A stretch of 64,000 nucleotides of DNA from Botryllus schlosseri (GCA_051294905.1 CM119385.1:8990001-9054000), one strand, 5' to 3'; positions 12,101-27,100 are shown, counted from the stretch's first letter. Numbers and translations: made by a program. The notes: generated by a model from the sequence alone, not told the origin.

Positions 12101-15100
12101 ATGTTTCTTCAGCTCGGCGAGCTTGACTTCATGCGATTCGGAGGGATCGCGAACCACGACGATTTCTATCAAATGGACGGCAACAAAATCGGCGAATCCG
12201 GCGATGCGGGAACGCAAATTACAGCTTCGAGCGGATCTGGTATATCGGTGCCGCATGTTCAGGTGATTCCGGGTTATTAGTATATCATCAGATTATGCCA
12301 GTAATCGAGTTGAACGACTAGAAAATTTTCGCTATGATACTGAAACTGCCCAAATACAACTCTCTCTCTCTCTCTCTCTTTTTTGCATGATTCCCTTGCC
12401 ACCTTTAGAAGTGTTTGATTTGTGACATTCGTGTGCAGGATCAACGGGGCCTCTTTGTTATGTACGACCTTGCTGTGAAAGACTTTGAAGAAATCGAAAA
12501 GCAACTGTTACTCGTTGCGTCACATTTCATCAGTAAGCCGAAAAGTAGGTGGCGCTTTAACTTCTGAAAATGTTTTTCGTCACAGGAAAAATGGCAAGTA
12601 ATTGGTTTGACCTGTCGGTAATAGTTTGATCAATTGCCTTGTCTGTTGTTATTTTCTAGGGTTGGAGTTTTGGGTAATTTTGCAGAAACAAGGGCTGGGC
12701 AGTCAAAGTCCGATTCAGGACATTTTTCGCTACTCAAATCTTGCTGTCTGTGTCATGAATTTCAATTTTATCGAGATTGTAGCCGAATAAGGGACAGAGT
12801 CTTGATTTTGAGCGGATTCGCATCGAAATATGAGCGAATACTCAGCGCTGCTGGAAAGACAACTGATATATTATCATATTACCACAAGTCGGGACATTTA
12901 TTTGTCAATACGCATTCTTACAATAGGTCATTTATATAATTGATGTCTTGTTTTCATGCATAGGTATATTTACAAGTCAATGGAATTATGACATGAAAAT
13001 ACGGATTACTTCCAAGATTTTCTGTTCAATTCGAGCAAATTTGAATAATGTGGGATGATATATGATAGAGAAAGTAGGTGTGTTATACCGAGATCTCGTT
13101 AACGACAATTGCTTGTTTGAAGACCAAAAGAAAACTTCGGCTCAAAGTAACTCCAGTCGATCCACGTTTGATATCCTACATTATGCGAATCATCGCGTGG
13201 ATAGGTTTGCGGTTTTGCTGGACGCCTGGACTTGCCATGTGAATTTTCTTCACAGCAAAAGAGAGGTTAGTTTGCACTTGTTGACACGCTGAAGTTACTG
13301 TATGTCAAATATATTTGCTCAGGCGTCAACTAATTGAATCCTGACATTTTTCAAATAGGATTATGTTGAATACCGGTTATTATTAATAAACCACTTGCAA
13401 TGTTTACAGCAAATTCAATCCTTGTTTTTCAGTTGCTAGATTGTTATCTGGAGGCTTACGGAAACATTTTCGATCCCAAAGACAAACGTGCCATATCCCA
13501 AGTTGGTACCAATGCAGTATACCAACCTTTACGAATATATAAAAGAAGTTTTGTTTTTAGGTGATCACGGATGTTATCCACAAACAGCCACTATTCGACT
13601 TTACTCAAGATTACTTCATTGAGTCGTACAAATTGGAGTGCTCATGCCTTCAATTGAAAACGACGCTTACCAAGAGGGTATGTAAAAATGTTTGCTGAGA
13701 TGTTATGTTTCGGTAGCATTCGCAGCACCTCTGTGATTAATTTATGACAACGGAAAAGATAGAAAAATGTGGAAATAATGACTAAATAAATATATATAGA
13801 ACTACTAGGCGAAGACTCTGTTGAAATCGGTTAGGTGTCCTGTTGTATGTAACTTGGAAATTTCTGCAGGTGTTGAATTCTCAAATTGAAGACACAAGAG
13901 CTTACACCGAGGCTGTTTTGAAGAGGGAACAGGCTTTTGGATTGCCCTATCCTATCGAAACAACCCAAATGATATCGCTCAACCTACCCTGGTGAGATAG
14001 ATTTTATTTTTACAACAAAGACAATCAGATTAACCTAGCAGTGCTAGCTTCTTAAAATGAGATGCGTCTTAATCATGCAAGTAGAAAATATCGAATATCT
14101 GAATTACATCTCTTCACCACAAACATTATTGTACATTTTTTGTGCTCAGATTTAGTTTGTATCTCAATTGTATACGAGCTTTAGTCAATAGATGTTTCAA
14201 GTTAATTTAAACACCATATTATTGATAGGCATTAGACTAGCCGCCGCCATCATTAATCACATTCCCACGGAGCCATGGCGCAGAGGTGGCTGGAATCGGA
14301 GAACATGGCGCTCGACAATGGAGACTGATCTTGCGCAACGCGGGCTTTCGCTTGAAGACGCCCACGACCGCCCACGTTGGAGACGCTTAACACGAGCCCA
14401 AAACTGATTATCTTATGTTCTTTTTGTCTCCTGTTTTCTTTTGCCCTTTTTTATTTTATCTAATTGAAAAGTCGATATATATATATATATTAGACTAAAT
14501 AGTTGTGTCATCCATTTTAAGCTCATCTCTGCTCAACATGGATCTTCTTGAATTCCATCCAACATTGGGATTGGCAGCCGTACATCTCTCGGAAGCATTG
14601 AAGGAGGTTTCGGATGAAGTTATTCAAGTGTGTTCTCCGACCTGCGCCATTTCAATCCTAAATATCTCATTCTAACGCGCCGTGAATTCACATTTCTCAG
14701 AGTCGAACTTCGGGAGACTTGACAGGATCGCTGCGAGTGGAGAAATCGTTTCTGGAGTTGGCGATTCACGAATGGGAGGAAATGACAGATGTTGGATCCA
14801 GCTATTCGAAAGTTGTACAAAAGCAGGTGACTTGATACTATTTTGACATTAATCAGTGCTATTTCCAACATAATTGTGAAATGTTTGCTCTCCATTGAAA
14901 AAAGTTTTCAATCAAAAACCAAGCGTGCTAGAACAGGTCAATTCAATTACTCAATTCTGCATTGTTTCAGATGCTATCTGGACATTATTGCGATTCCCCT
15001 ATCTTGCTTGAGGATGCGATAACGTCCGCCTTGAAAAACTCGGAGTTAGGCGATACAGAATCAAAGTCCGAGAAAGAGAGTCGCGCAAAAACTTCTTGGA

Positions 15101-18100
15101 CGAGTGTTTTAGAGGGAGTCGTGCTACAACAGCGTTTGCGTGACGCGGCCTGGGAAACTGAGATACTTGCAAGGTCCGTGAATGACTGTATGAATTCAGA
15201 CCGCTTTTGGGAGTATGTGAATCTTTCTTGGCTTGACTCACGGTTGCACAATGGTGACCTTCGGTAGACGTCTGATAAATTTCAACCACGGGCCATAGTT
15301 AAGCATACGAAGCAAGCAATGGTACATACTAGATTGCTTGTGGCATTAGGTCATTTGTGCACCGAAGATTCTCAGTAACTTGGACCATGAAACCCAACGT
15401 TACTTGGATACAAAGCAAATTAGAAACCTTGATCTAAATATTTTTTGATTTTGTGATACGACCAAATCAAGGTTTCAATGCTTCCAGGATGGGAAAAAGT
15501 AAATATAACTATCATTATTACTGGAAATGGGTAGTATAATTTCAGTGCTTGAAAGAAACGTCGCTAGAACTCGAATCATTACACCTAATTCATGATTCTG
15601 ATTCCAGTACTCTATAATTTTGGCCATACTAGCGATTACCCTACGCTTTTATTCTGCCAATTGATTTCGATCATGTTACACTCCAATGATGTATGCAGTC
15701 TAAAAATGTCTCAAAATTTAATCATATGTGCTGGCTTGATTGTTTCATTATTTCCGTAGCTTACTTGAGCTATGAGTTTTTCCTGTATTGGTACTAAATA
15801 TCAGTACCGCTGTTTATTGGGATCCTGTGGCTTTTGTTGTGAGCTTGTATCGCGTTGATTTCGAGTGACATGTTTGTGTGTGTCATTTTCAGACTGTACA
15901 CCAGAACGTGTAAAGCCTTAGACTTTCCTGAAGGTCACATGTATCTGAGAATAATCCAGATGGAGGATGCGAGTGCGAAATTGACGCCCGATCTGTCAAA
16001 AGTCGGGATGGCACTTCTTTCTCCCAATGACGCTAACGTAGATCGGTAAGGAGAATAATTTTCGTGATTAGTCATGTGTAGCTGGGATCGGCAACCTTTT
16101 TTGCTCTACGGACCGCTTTCAAAATGAAATATTTTCGCGGACAGATCTTTAGAAAGCACGAATGTTCAACGTTGAGAATTGATTGAACCCCATACGCTGT
16201 AAGACTAGCAAAGGCGGTAACACATACTGATGTTTCAATTAAAGACATTAACTTTCAATTATTTTGAGTGATCTGGACCACTATGCAAAATTAGGCCCTT
16301 ACGGACTTTTTGCGGACCAGGACTAAGGGTTGCTGACCATTGACGTTATTGTGTCATCAGGTGGTGGCGCAATTCACTTGGAATTTCGAAATTTTCGATT
16401 AACTTTTTAAATTTAAACCCTTGTTAGCATGTTTGTTTCAACTCCACCTGTGGATTATACTAATATGAGTTTCGAGTTCTACCTCAGGCTTGCATTCTTT
16501 CTTAGATACTCTCCCGATTTCCTACCGCTAGCAATTCACGAACTGGATACTTCTCATTTGTCAAAGTTTTCATTCCATGACAGAAATTCACTTTTGAAGG
16601 TAAGTCAGTATCAGTTTATTAATATTTTCATCACTTCCAAACACCACAAAACTGCGATACAATGAAAAGATAAGAAGGTGACGAAACGACTTGGAGTAGT
16701 CTTTGAAATCAGACACCCACCTGGGTCGAGGCGAAGTAGAGACATGCACGACGAGACAACACGCAAAGACATGCTTCCTGCACTTCAACAAAGTAATGTA
16801 GTGTACGAATATAGGTGCCACTGTGATTGTGGCTACGTGGGAAGAACGTCAAGACGTCTGCAGGATCGCATAAACCAATATGTCCCCAGATTTATCAGAA
16901 CACGCTCAGTGAAAAGCTCACCCTTAACTCATCCACTTAAGATTGATGCTGATCGATCAAAGGCCATTAATTCTGCCATCGGCAAACATCTGTTGGATAA
17001 TCCGATTTGTGCGAATAATTATCGAGACGACCGATTTCGAATCGTAGGGCGAGGTCGCTCACAATTCCATTTGTGTGCCTTGGAATCAACTTTTATCAAA
17101 ATACACCAACCAAAACTCTGTCAACAAAAGGAGTTCGTGTACCACCTAAAAATAGTACATTGAACGCTCTCTCTTTCATGCTGGTGACGTCATATTTTGT
17201 GATACGATTGTTGATATACAATGTTCTTTCCAATTCTCTACTAGTTGCTGACGATTACCCCTGACGAGTGTCAGCCGAAAATATTCGGGTTCATTTCAAT
17301 ATGAATATACTGTTTAATTGAATAAATTTCTTGTATTTCAACTTGATTGCGGACATGCCCGACGACTATCCGATAGCTGGCGAGATACTGTTCCACAATT
17401 GGGGTCCGGAATACTTGATAGAGCAATGAATTATCTTGTATTCCGGCCTGATCATATGATAGTTGTTCTTTGTTGACGCGCGTGTGCCATACTTGTTCGC
17501 TTTTGACTCTGAGGTGAAGTAGTCGTTGTAATTTGAGGAACTGTGACTGCAATGGAACTGATACGTAAACTTGGCAATTACTAGCTTCATTCACATCTTA
17601 CCTTTTTTGAACTAATGCTGACCAATAGGGGCCGTAAACCGTCAATGCAAAGCGGGTTGTAACAGCTCGCAAGGTTATCAGTCACAAGCCAATTCCTAAT
17701 TTGCTGATTTGGACTGGTGTAATATTTATTATATGGAAATTCCAGTGTCTCAAATACCAAGTCTACATTTCAGAAGTTTTTCCGATTTACCATAAACGTG
17801 GCGTTATTCAGAGCAGGGATTATTGAATTTTCGAGCCTGCAAAACCAGTTTTTATGTGACCACTAAATGTGTAATGTCTGATTGCCTTTGCAGATTATTA
17901 ACACACCGAATGCTCTCGATAAAATTCGCATCTCTCTCGCGTGTCAACTCGCGCATAGAAATTCATTGGCGGTTGCCGTGAACCTGGTCGACACCTGCAT
18001 GCTGTGGGATGTGGTACCACCGTCTTCGCCTGATGTAAGAATTTTCGTGCAAAGTATTCTTTGAAGTTGTTGTGAGGGCACTCGTTGCATTGATCTCATT

Positions 18101-21100
18101 TTCGTTATTTGCCGTATTTGTGTAAAATTTTTGTTGTGACTTTGATTTTATGTGTCTGGATTCCATTCTAGAGTGAACTAATTGAAGCTCGCCCCAAATA
18201 TCTGTTTCTGTAGAAATATCTGGATTGACCTGTTCGATGACTTCATCGCTCTATCCACAGCCCTCCTTGGCTATTACTGTTGTCCTATGTTCCTTGCTGT
18301 AAGCATTGCAAATTGTTGTGTTTCACTTAGTACACGATAAGCCTGTTTGACTAAGAGTACAAGTTTCTTACTATTAACACTGGTTTATATTTATGTGTAC
18401 TCGGTTGAGTTTTATTGTAAGTAAATGAGATTTATAGGGGCTGGATTTTTCAAATTATTCCACCAATTAGAGGTTGCAGCTCAGTGGTTCCCAACCTTTT
18501 TCTATTCATCGCCCCCTATCAAGCTCGCCATATATTTATCGCCCCCCCCCCCCAACACATGAAATTTATACACCTAACTCTGATCACTGGTAAATTGACT
18601 ATAAAAGAAAGGGCAACTTTTTGCGGCGATCCCGGTATCTGTGGATAGTTTATGGCTAGTCGACCTTGACCTGGACGTTCTAACATTTTCTCCCTCTTCA
18701 TACGTTTTCGCTCTTAATCGCCCCCTTTGTTATTTTCACCCCCATGTTTATTAAAATCGGCCACATTGGGAACCACTGTTCTAGTTGAAATATGTCATAT
18801 TTTGATACTGGTATATCAGTATTGACTAAAAACCTTGTATAGGACGGGCTCTAGTAATCATATTGTCTATGCGTGTCCTAGATAAGTTACCGTAATTTTC
18901 CATGCATAATGCGCAAAATTTTCACGATTTTTTGTCCTAAAACAGGGGGTGCGTATTATGCATGGGAACAACACGCTTGAAAAAAATCTCCCTCGATAAA
19001 AAACTTGAAATCACACCTTTCTTCATGTTTGTTTCAAATCGCGCATCACGTTCAACCATCGTGCCCAGTAATTCATTTTATCAGTGTTACGCGCTGCCAA
19101 TTAGCGAGAAGCGTGTTACCAATTAACGAGCAGCACAGAACGAGGTCTCCTGCTAAGTTAGTTTGCCGTTTGTACGCGAGCAGAATTAGGTCATTGAGCA
19201 CGCACGCGCGCGGCAATCCTCGCTAATTCATTGCGTCAAAGACAGGCCTGAACAATCGCATATACAACAGGCCATGCACGCAAGATATAATCGCTTGCGT
19301 AATCAGTCGCATCTCTAAAAGACCTGGTGCGCACGACATAACCGCTGGCCTGGGCAATCGCATCTGTAGTAGGCCTCGTGCGCAAGATGTCGCGTCGCAG
19401 GCCTAAACTATCACGTCGCTAGCCTTGCAGGCTTTGGCTGCTATCTACCATCGTTTAGAGACGATGCCGTTAATTGCATAATGATTAGCGATGGTTATGT
19501 CATGATTGTTGAACAGTGACATCGCAAAACAGAACGTCATGTCGACATACGGTAGTATACTAAAAGACAACTATTCGTGTACTGCAAATGCAGGGTGCGT
19601 ACTATACATGGGTACAGGCTTTTTCCCAGAATTTACATGCTATTTTAAGGGTGCGTATTATACATGAGGGTGTACTATACTTGGGAAATTACGGTATGTT
19701 GATTATTGCAGGCTGCTAATATCCAAGAAGACGCTGGCAATGCGAAAATTTCTCATATGTTCGGACGATCTCTTACGGAGGATGCACCGTCAAACACTTT
19801 TCTTTATGGATCACCAGTTTCGAAACGGTACCTCCATCTTTTTCCGTTTCAACTTTTACATTTCTGCTGACAGTACTGTGCCAAAACGATGGTGACATCA
19901 ATCTGTATGCAGTCATTGGTAGGCTATCTGTAAATGATATTGGCTCTGAATTTCTGATTCTAACTGGCATAACTGCCTAAGGCCTAGGGCTCATTTCATG
20001 ACGGACTTTGTCATGTATTTCTTTTGTGAATTAGTGATTTGTGAACCAAACTTTTGTTTATTATTCGAGTATTTCGAGTACTAAGTGACTTCAGCTTGTT
20101 AGATATCGAACTTTATATGTGACTTGACTGTCAATGCCCTAGCAGCAAGGATCAGTTGAGGAACGATGAGTAACGCATAAAAACATCAGGATTGATTCAG
20201 AAATTATAATTCCATTGGATTTGATTAGATTCAGATCCGGGATAACTTTGACCACAATATCTACGGTACCCATCGCTAAATATTTTCTTTATAATTTGTA
20301 ATTTTATACAGCGTGCAGTGTGAATTTCAATTTCAGGGAGAAGTTACCATTTATTTCCATACAATTGGAGAAAATACCACCTCGCGATGCAATGGTAAAC
20401 GCCTTCATAAGAGCAAAGGAAACGTCGGGCCTGCTGCTGCAAAAGCAAGCCGAGGTTGTCAAGTTGAAATTCAAGCTGGTAGAGCAATTCTCCAGAGAGT
20501 GAGTCTTCCGAGTCATTTGTCAGCGCCCGCACCCTTGTTGTTGACTTCAGAAATGAAAGACACTCGAAACAAAGATGAGCACGAATTTGACATGTAGATT
20601 AATGATTATTTTGAAGTTTGATTTGGTTGTGGACTTAGGCATGAAATTTCTGATAATTTTCAATTTTCATGCAACTTTTGAACCAATTTCAATGATTACG
20701 AGATTCGTAATGGGCAGGGCTTTGGAGCCGGAGCCCGGAGCCCCGGAGCCGTGCATTTTCACCGGAGCTGGAGCCGGAGCTCTACATAAAATTCAGCCGG
20801 AGCCGGAGCTGGAGCCCGTTATTTAAGGAGTAGCTCCGGCTCCGACGTATTTCATAAGATGCTAGTATATATGCAACAACCACATCTACTGATTTATGAT
20901 AATTGAACAACAGGCCTGAATTTTAATGCTGTGCGCAGCAATGGCATAGAGTGAAGTGCGTTCTAGTGCAACTATGATGTTATCGACAATTGACAAGTAT
21001 TCATTATGACGTGACAAGCCGGCACGGCGGCACCTATGTCTTCGTTGCTACATCGGATGTTACTGACGGCTGACAGATTACAATAGGTAACTAACCTATG

Positions 21101-24100
21101 GGTAGATTAGTAATCTATATAGACCAGGAAGGGCCAACCTTTTCGGCTAAAGGGGCACATGCGATTGACGAACGAGTGCGCGGTCCACTAGCCGCGCCAA
21201 GCGGGTAAAATATACAAAGTTTATATATAAACTAGGTCAATAATATTATTACTTGAGTATATTGCGGGTTTACTGTATAGTATACCGACTGCTAGACTCA
21301 GTTTGCAAGGACACGACAATTCGGCGTCTGGCCACATCGATATCGAAGGTCTCTGATGATATGCGACGATCATTTTGTGCTTACATTTCACCGTCGGGCG
21401 CAAACGCGAAAAGACTTTCTCATGTAATTGCGAATACAGTTAGACTCAATCGCGTAAATTAGGCGTTTTTCATTTTCAGTAGGGGGTAGGCTATCAAGAA
21501 AGCAATCGTGTGACAATTAAACACGCGAAGCGTGAAGAAAAACTTCACCACTATTTTCGTTTATTGTAATCTACGACGATTTACCAAATATTTGACTGGA
21601 CCCTGGACCTGCCAATGTGTCGGAAATGATATTTTAGTCATCAACATCCCAAGCGTCGCAGCCAGACTTGTAATGTTTGTTTGGCATTGCAAGTTCACAA
21701 TTTGAGCAATTCATCTTCGAAATTATAATAGGAAATTACATCGCGGGCCACGCAAAACCCTCTCGCAGGAAACATTTGGCCCGCAGGTTGGCCACCCCTG
21801 ATATAGACAGGCCCATTCGATAATTTTAGAGCCGGAGCAGTAGTAGTAATGCGGCTCCGGAGCTGGAGCCGGAGCTAATGTATGATAGAAGAAAGCGCCG
21901 GAGCTGGAGCAGTTTAAATTTACGGCTGCTCCAAAGCCCTGGTAATGGGAGTAGGACAGGATTAAATACTGATTCTATGGGTTTGGATTCTTTGATTCAG
22001 ATTTGAATATCAAGCTTAGAACAGGATTGTAACATGTTAAATCTGTGATTTAGAATGCCACGGTTTGGATTTAGCTTCAGAATTAAGTTTTTTGAGTCAC
22101 CGTTTTTGAACACATCTATGGGGCTCAACCTTTGACTATTTTGAAGGATTATAACAAAATCCTTTACATTAATTTACATCAGGGTATCAGAGTTTTAAGA
22201 TAGCACGATTTTTGCGTTCTTGTTTTGAAATAAGATCCATGAATCAAAATAAGACTTGGTATCTCGTACAAAGATGTGTGCACTTGGCAATCTTCCTTTT
22301 TCAGCTTCTCGCATCAGACCGGTATGCACGCTATGAGATTACAGATTGTCACCTGCTACTCGGCGATAGCGAAACTACTCAAACGCATTCCCGCCGTCAA
22401 AGAAATGTTCTTCCTCGTCGGACGCCCGCACGAAAAAAAGCGAAAGCTTGTGAGTCCTCGAACAGACAGCTCTAAGTTGCATATTTATTACAATTATTCG
22501 ATAGGAGTATTTGGATGTATTAAGGTTAATCATGTACAATTTAGGCTGGGAGTAATAAGATACATGAGTGATTTGATTCTGAATCAGTTATCATGCGAAA
22601 GTTCAAATATACAAACCTTATATGCAACCACAAAGAATAAAATTCAATCGTTTGTAACCAGACGTTACTAGATTATCGATGCCTCAACGTTGTTTCCATT
22701 CAGGATGACGTTTCTGGGTTGGTGCCGGATCCGCGCACAATGCATCAGAGGCCACGTCGTGTGTTTTCGTCCGATGGCAAAGATATTCTCAATCTATGGT
22801 TCATCCCGCATTACACTGAGATTCTGTTCTCGTATCATCTGAAGGATCAGGAGGTCAGGTTACCGCAACGAAAATTCGAAATCGAACGTAATATTGACTT
22901 GCTCGTAATGTAATCTTCACCTACGTAGAAACTTGCTACCTTTACTTGTGCTCTATGTTAGTTGCGAGAAGGGCTAGGAACCAAGATTTGAATGCCGAAT
23001 TCTGAATCGAATATCAAGTCTAATGTTTCTAGATGAGTAGTGATAAGAGTGATATTGGATTTTTTCTGGTAACAATAATATACAACTTCCACACTAAGAG
23101 TTATTTTATCAACAAAAAGTATGATTTGGATACTCTCTTGGCACCGTGGAAACCTCAAAACCTCGATTGGTTGTAACTAAGCATCCAAAACATGTTTCAC
23201 AAGGTTATGCATGTTTGTGGAAACAACGCTCCTTTGAGTTAGTTATCGATGCGGGACATTGTCTCAAAGGGCTATGAAATAGTTATGGTTAGGAAGTACA
23301 ATGGCATGTAACTGCCATTGTTTTCCTTGAGGACGCAAAAAGAAGCCATTTTGAACTTTCATTATTACTGCTACGATGTCCTAATAAGGGCTACTCAAGT
23401 ACTCAAATAGAAGCTTGTTACTCGACTCGGGATCAAATCTCCTAGGAACTCAAATCCACCCCTAGCCAATAGCGCATGAACTGTCTGCATTTGCCGTGCG
23501 AAGAGAGTGATTTGTGAAAGAAGAGCTTTCCTCTCTCCTTTTCCGTCATGAAAATGTGTCATTTTAGGCTCAATGGAGTATGCTGAGACGTTGGCTTGAG
23601 ATTGCATCCTCGCTGCACGACATCATGCAGTATTTGCTGGGGCATGCGACTCTGGGAAACGTGGGTATGGGACCCGCCAAAGCACCGATATCTGCGGACT
23701 GGGGTGGCACTGAAGGTAACGAAGTGATATGATGCGTCAACATTACAGAGATTGTGACAAATATTCTGTCTCCGCCTACTATACAATTGATTTGGTTTGC
23801 AGTATGAATCCGTGAATTTATGTAAATATAAAGTGACTATGAATATACATTAGGCTCTTCAATGATATGACAAGAGTTTATAAACATATCTGAACGTCAT
23901 GTTATTATGTATCCTTGGTGTAGAAGTTGTCAAAGTAGTAAGGGCTGGTAAAATTACAAGTAACACCAGAAATTTCTGTTGAAATATAAGAAGTAGCAAT
24001 TTCCAAGACATGTCAAAACGACTTCTGCTGGAAGTAGAAAATTACAGGTCGAAAAAGTACTAAAGTTAGTTCAGTCGACGTTGCATACTTTTAGTAGTTG

Positions 24101-27100
24101 ATTCATGAAGGGAACATTTCGCTAAACTACTTTACAAAATCCGCAGCACTACATGGTATATAGCATTGCCTAAAACTGATAGGAGTGGTACAAGCAGGCA
24201 AAGCGTTTGTTACAGACTATAATGCAGGGCGAATGTCTTTGTGATGTTATACCTGTGTAATCTGACTCCAAAAGGTTACGTGTACTATTCACTGTTTATA
24301 TCTCTCTTCTTTCGACGAACCGGCATCCAACGGCAGTGAACGCCTCATTTCTAACGTACCACAGAGTCTGTCTTGTACGCACGTATTTCAAGATCACCCG
24401 GTCCACTTTCTTTGTTTCTGTCTCCACAACTTGTAATTTTATTGGGCCAATCGTACCAACGATATATGAACCGTTTCCAAATGTAATGTTAAATTATATC
24501 CCCTATACATTGTATCACACACACACATAGATATAGCAGAAATACAAGGTCGTACACGATGTGTGTTACATGTTACATGTATTCCTTCCTATCGATGTTC
24601 CATACGACACACATAGTATATCACACCACATGTTCTATCATGTTTCACTTCCTGGATAACATTTCAAGAAATGGAATGTAATCCATGGTATGATTATAAT
24701 TACCAATTACCAAGATATTTTATTATACTGACCACATCTGCATTGATGCAATAAATCCATCGCAGAAAACACATCTCTATCAGATTCACATACAACTAAA
24801 TAGGACCGTGCCTGTTTGATTGCATGTCTCATTGACTACTCTATGCTGCCTAAATTGCAGGCATCGGGTCTCAACTGACGGAAATCCAGAAGCAGTTAAA
24901 CCATCTCAAAACGGGCTCGACCCCGTACACTCGCCACCCGGACGAAGTCGCCGAATTCCTCAAACTCAAACGGGACACCATGTTCCTCGAATTTGAGCAC
25001 GGAGTTCTCAGCTACATTCAAAAGTATGATATTTTAGATTATTTCATTTATTAATATAGCATTACGGAAGCTGTTATAAATCATCACTTTTCAGATTTCA
25101 CTCGCGTAACTTAAATCCTGCGACGGACCGTAAAAGCATTGCTGCAAACGCGCATTTCGCGTTACAAGCTTTGAGTAGCCACGCTCATCTCAGTCTCTAT
25201 CAAACATTCGTGCACGTACCGGAAGCGACCAAGCACGTAGCGGATATTTCGAGAAGATTGTACCCTTGGTTAAGGTTTGAATATGCACGTTTATTGCAAC
25301 GTTGCTACGAGAAAACTTACCTGAAACTTTTAACTTTGACGGAATTTTCTTTTTGACAATATTATCTTGAAAAGAAATTGAAACTGTAGATCAGATATTT
25401 CCAGAGGTAGTATTTTGCTTAGTCGCGAAGATGCACCTTGCAATTTGTAAAGTAGCCACATTGATTAACTGCTACATGAGCACGATACAATTTTATAAAC
25501 GTCAACATAATTTTTTTTTGCCTTTGGAGAGACAGATATTAGGTTTAGATGTGGATTAAGGTCAAAGTTGGGGTTGAAGTATCCCAAGATTAGGGTTGGG
25601 GGTATTAGGGTTGGATGTGGGTTAGAGTTAAGGTTAGCGACAAAGTTGAGATTAGGGTCTCCCAGGATTAGGGTTGGGTAAGGGGGATATTAGGGGTGGG
25701 GGATGGGGTATTAGAGTTGGATGTAGGTTAGGGTTAGGGTCAAAGTTGAGGTTAGGGTTTCCCAATATTACGGTTGGGGGAGGGGGATATTAGGTTTAGG
25801 GGAGAGGGGGATATTAGGGTTGGGGAGGGAGGATATTAGGGTTGGGGATGGGGGTATTGGGGTTGGATGTGGGTTAGGGTCAAAGTTGCGGTTGGGGTAT
25901 CTCAAGATTAGGGATGGGGGATATTATGGTCGGGAGAGGGTGGGATATTAGGGTTAGATATTGTGTCCCTCACCCTAAACCTAATCTTGGGATACTCCAA
26001 CTCCAACTTTGACCCTAACCCACATCCAACCCTAATATCCCCCCTCCCCAACCTTAATCTTGGGATCCCCTAACCCCAACCCACATCCAACCCTAATATC
26101 CCTCCTTCCTCTTCCCTAATACCCCCCTCCCCCAACCGTAATCTAGGGATACCCTAACCCCAAATTTGACCATAACCCACATCCAACGCTAATATCTCCA
26201 TTCCCCCAACCCTAATATCTGTCTATTCAAATGCAAATAAAAAATATTTTGACGTTCACAAAATTATATCGTGTCCATGGGGAAACATTTACAGGTGTCA
26301 TGGGGAACACTGTTTCGATCTCGGGCGTATATCGAAGAAGTGCCTAATTTTCATACCTTAAATTTCTGCTCCCACTTAAAGTAGTATATATATGCCTTTG
26401 AAATTCTCCTACTTCTACTTGGGTACCAACGCTGACTACTCTGACTAGGTCAAGGTAGCCATATTGCAAATCTTATAGATTCGACTACAATAGAAACTTG
26501 AAGCATACGTGCATCAAAAGAATTAAGTACACTTTCGTTAACTCATGATCATCAGCATCGTGGCTCACGCCGCCCAATTTCTCTCCACTGCAGTTTTCAA
26601 GATACACACGACCGGTTTCCCTTGAAATATCGGCCTCACTGGAACAATGTCGAAGACTGCATGCATCTTTGCCTCGCGGCTTTGGAAGAAAACGATCGGC
26701 AGAGAATGAACGGAGAGCTTGTAGGCGCCGCCATGATCTATCAGGATGTTCTCAACGGAGGAACTAAGCAACTCGATTCAATTCACGGTATATATTCTAC
26801 TATTGGATTGATAATGCTGTAAATTAGTGTAAGGGTATTCATCGTTTCACATCATAAGTGAGATCTTATGATGGCGCATATGAGTATTTCATTGAAAAGT
26901 TACAGACAAGTGTACCTGTGTGATCAGCCTAGTTGACCTTTAAGGTCATATCGATCATTCCTATCTGATACCGAATGCTGTGCATGCATATTAACTGAGC
27001 CACCATTATTGCTGTCTGCTTGTTATGCATATCGAAGAATAAAGACTCTCTCTTTCTCTCTCTCGTATTGCAGCCTTTAATTTAATTGTAATTTTTTCGA

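Noticed and set aside
25540-26220. Interstitial telomere or chromosome-fusion scar
   Set aside because: No pure (TTAGGG)n tract; hexamers sit in composite modules within non-telomeric inverted ends, and the host gene's exons continue on both sides.
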